From sequence record NC_048016.1: a stretch of 64,000 bases of DNA. One strand, written 5' to 3'. The notes beneath the pieces are model-generated. The model was not told where the DNA came from. It saw only the letters and a list, made by a program, of their open reading frames with translations, and made no database searches. Within the stretch, counting starts at the first letter, position 1. The number at the start of each line of letters is the position of its first letter. Below are positions 63,719-64,000 of the stretch, in pieces. Position numbers and translations under genes: made by a program.

Positions 63719-64000
63719 ATGAAATTGTACCTAAATCTGACTACCGATGAAAACCGTAAAGTTTGGCCTGCTCTGATGATGTCGATGTACGACGATGTCG
63801 AGCACATCATTGCCCACCACTACGCCTCTCAGCCAGACAAAGGCCCGCTGATCCGTCAGGCGGCTACCCAAGCGCTGTTACCGATCACCATGGGCATGTC
63901 TCGTTTGCAGGATACTTTGCTGGAATTCCGCTACGATGATATCGACAGTGCTGAAGGTGTTATCGACACCACCATCGATATCTTTACGGCAGATAACAAC
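63719..64000 (+). CDS. hypothetical protein (5' part, runs off the window)
   Basis: ATG at 63719 with RBS AAGGA; frame open to the window end (MKLYLNLTTDENRKVWPALM...). Confidence 0.65.
   Translation, partial: MKLYLNLTTDENRKVWPALMMSMYDDVEHIIAHHYASQPDKGPLIRQAATQALLPITMGMSRLQDTLLEFRYDDIDSAEGVIDTTIDIFTADNN

Noticed and set aside
1-64000. Prophage or mobile-element hallmarks (integrase, transposase, att sites, introns, inteins, homing endonucleases)
   Set aside because: None recognised. The long ORFs (SbcC, RNase H, rSAMs, fibres) appear uninterrupted.

Overview
This 64 kb window is densely coding, with no tRNA, rRNA, CRISPR, integrase or transposase that I could recognise. It looks like part of a lytic jumbo myophage of the phiKZ/SPN3US type (Chimalliviridae-like). 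That assignment is inferred from gene content and order, and no chimallin or RNA polymerase gene lies in the window. The host is probably an Enterobacterales member, since two DUF1471/YdgH-BhsA-like genes are present. Layout: (1) 1-11.2 kb holds arrays of paralogous virion or tail-associated proteins, including a tandemly duplicated three-gene cassette. (2) 11.3-13.4 kb holds a lipoprotein, DUF1353, a 37-aa membrane micro-ORF and a GH108 endolysin. (3) 13.5-33 kb is a minus-strand late run with three giant tail-fibre-like genes and a 399-aa coiled-coil fibre protein. (4) 33-36.8 kb holds a virion protein, two DUF1471-like genes and a baseplate spike. (5) 36.9-64 kb holds mostly plus-strand early or middle genes: an exported Cys-protein array, ParB-like, SbcC, membrane micro-ORFs, a GNAT pair, a macrodomain, an SLT, a DEDDh exonuclease and RNase H. 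The standout is embedded in the late run at 13.5-18.9 kb. It is a RiPP-like cassette of three related leader+core peptides (two with 21 and 23 Cys in (Cys-X-X-X)n Ser/Gly repeats), two radical SAM enzymes and two unknown accessory genes. It sits between a fibre gene and a DUF4376-like gene and is a candidate phage-encoded system for post-translationally modifying peptides or virion appendages.
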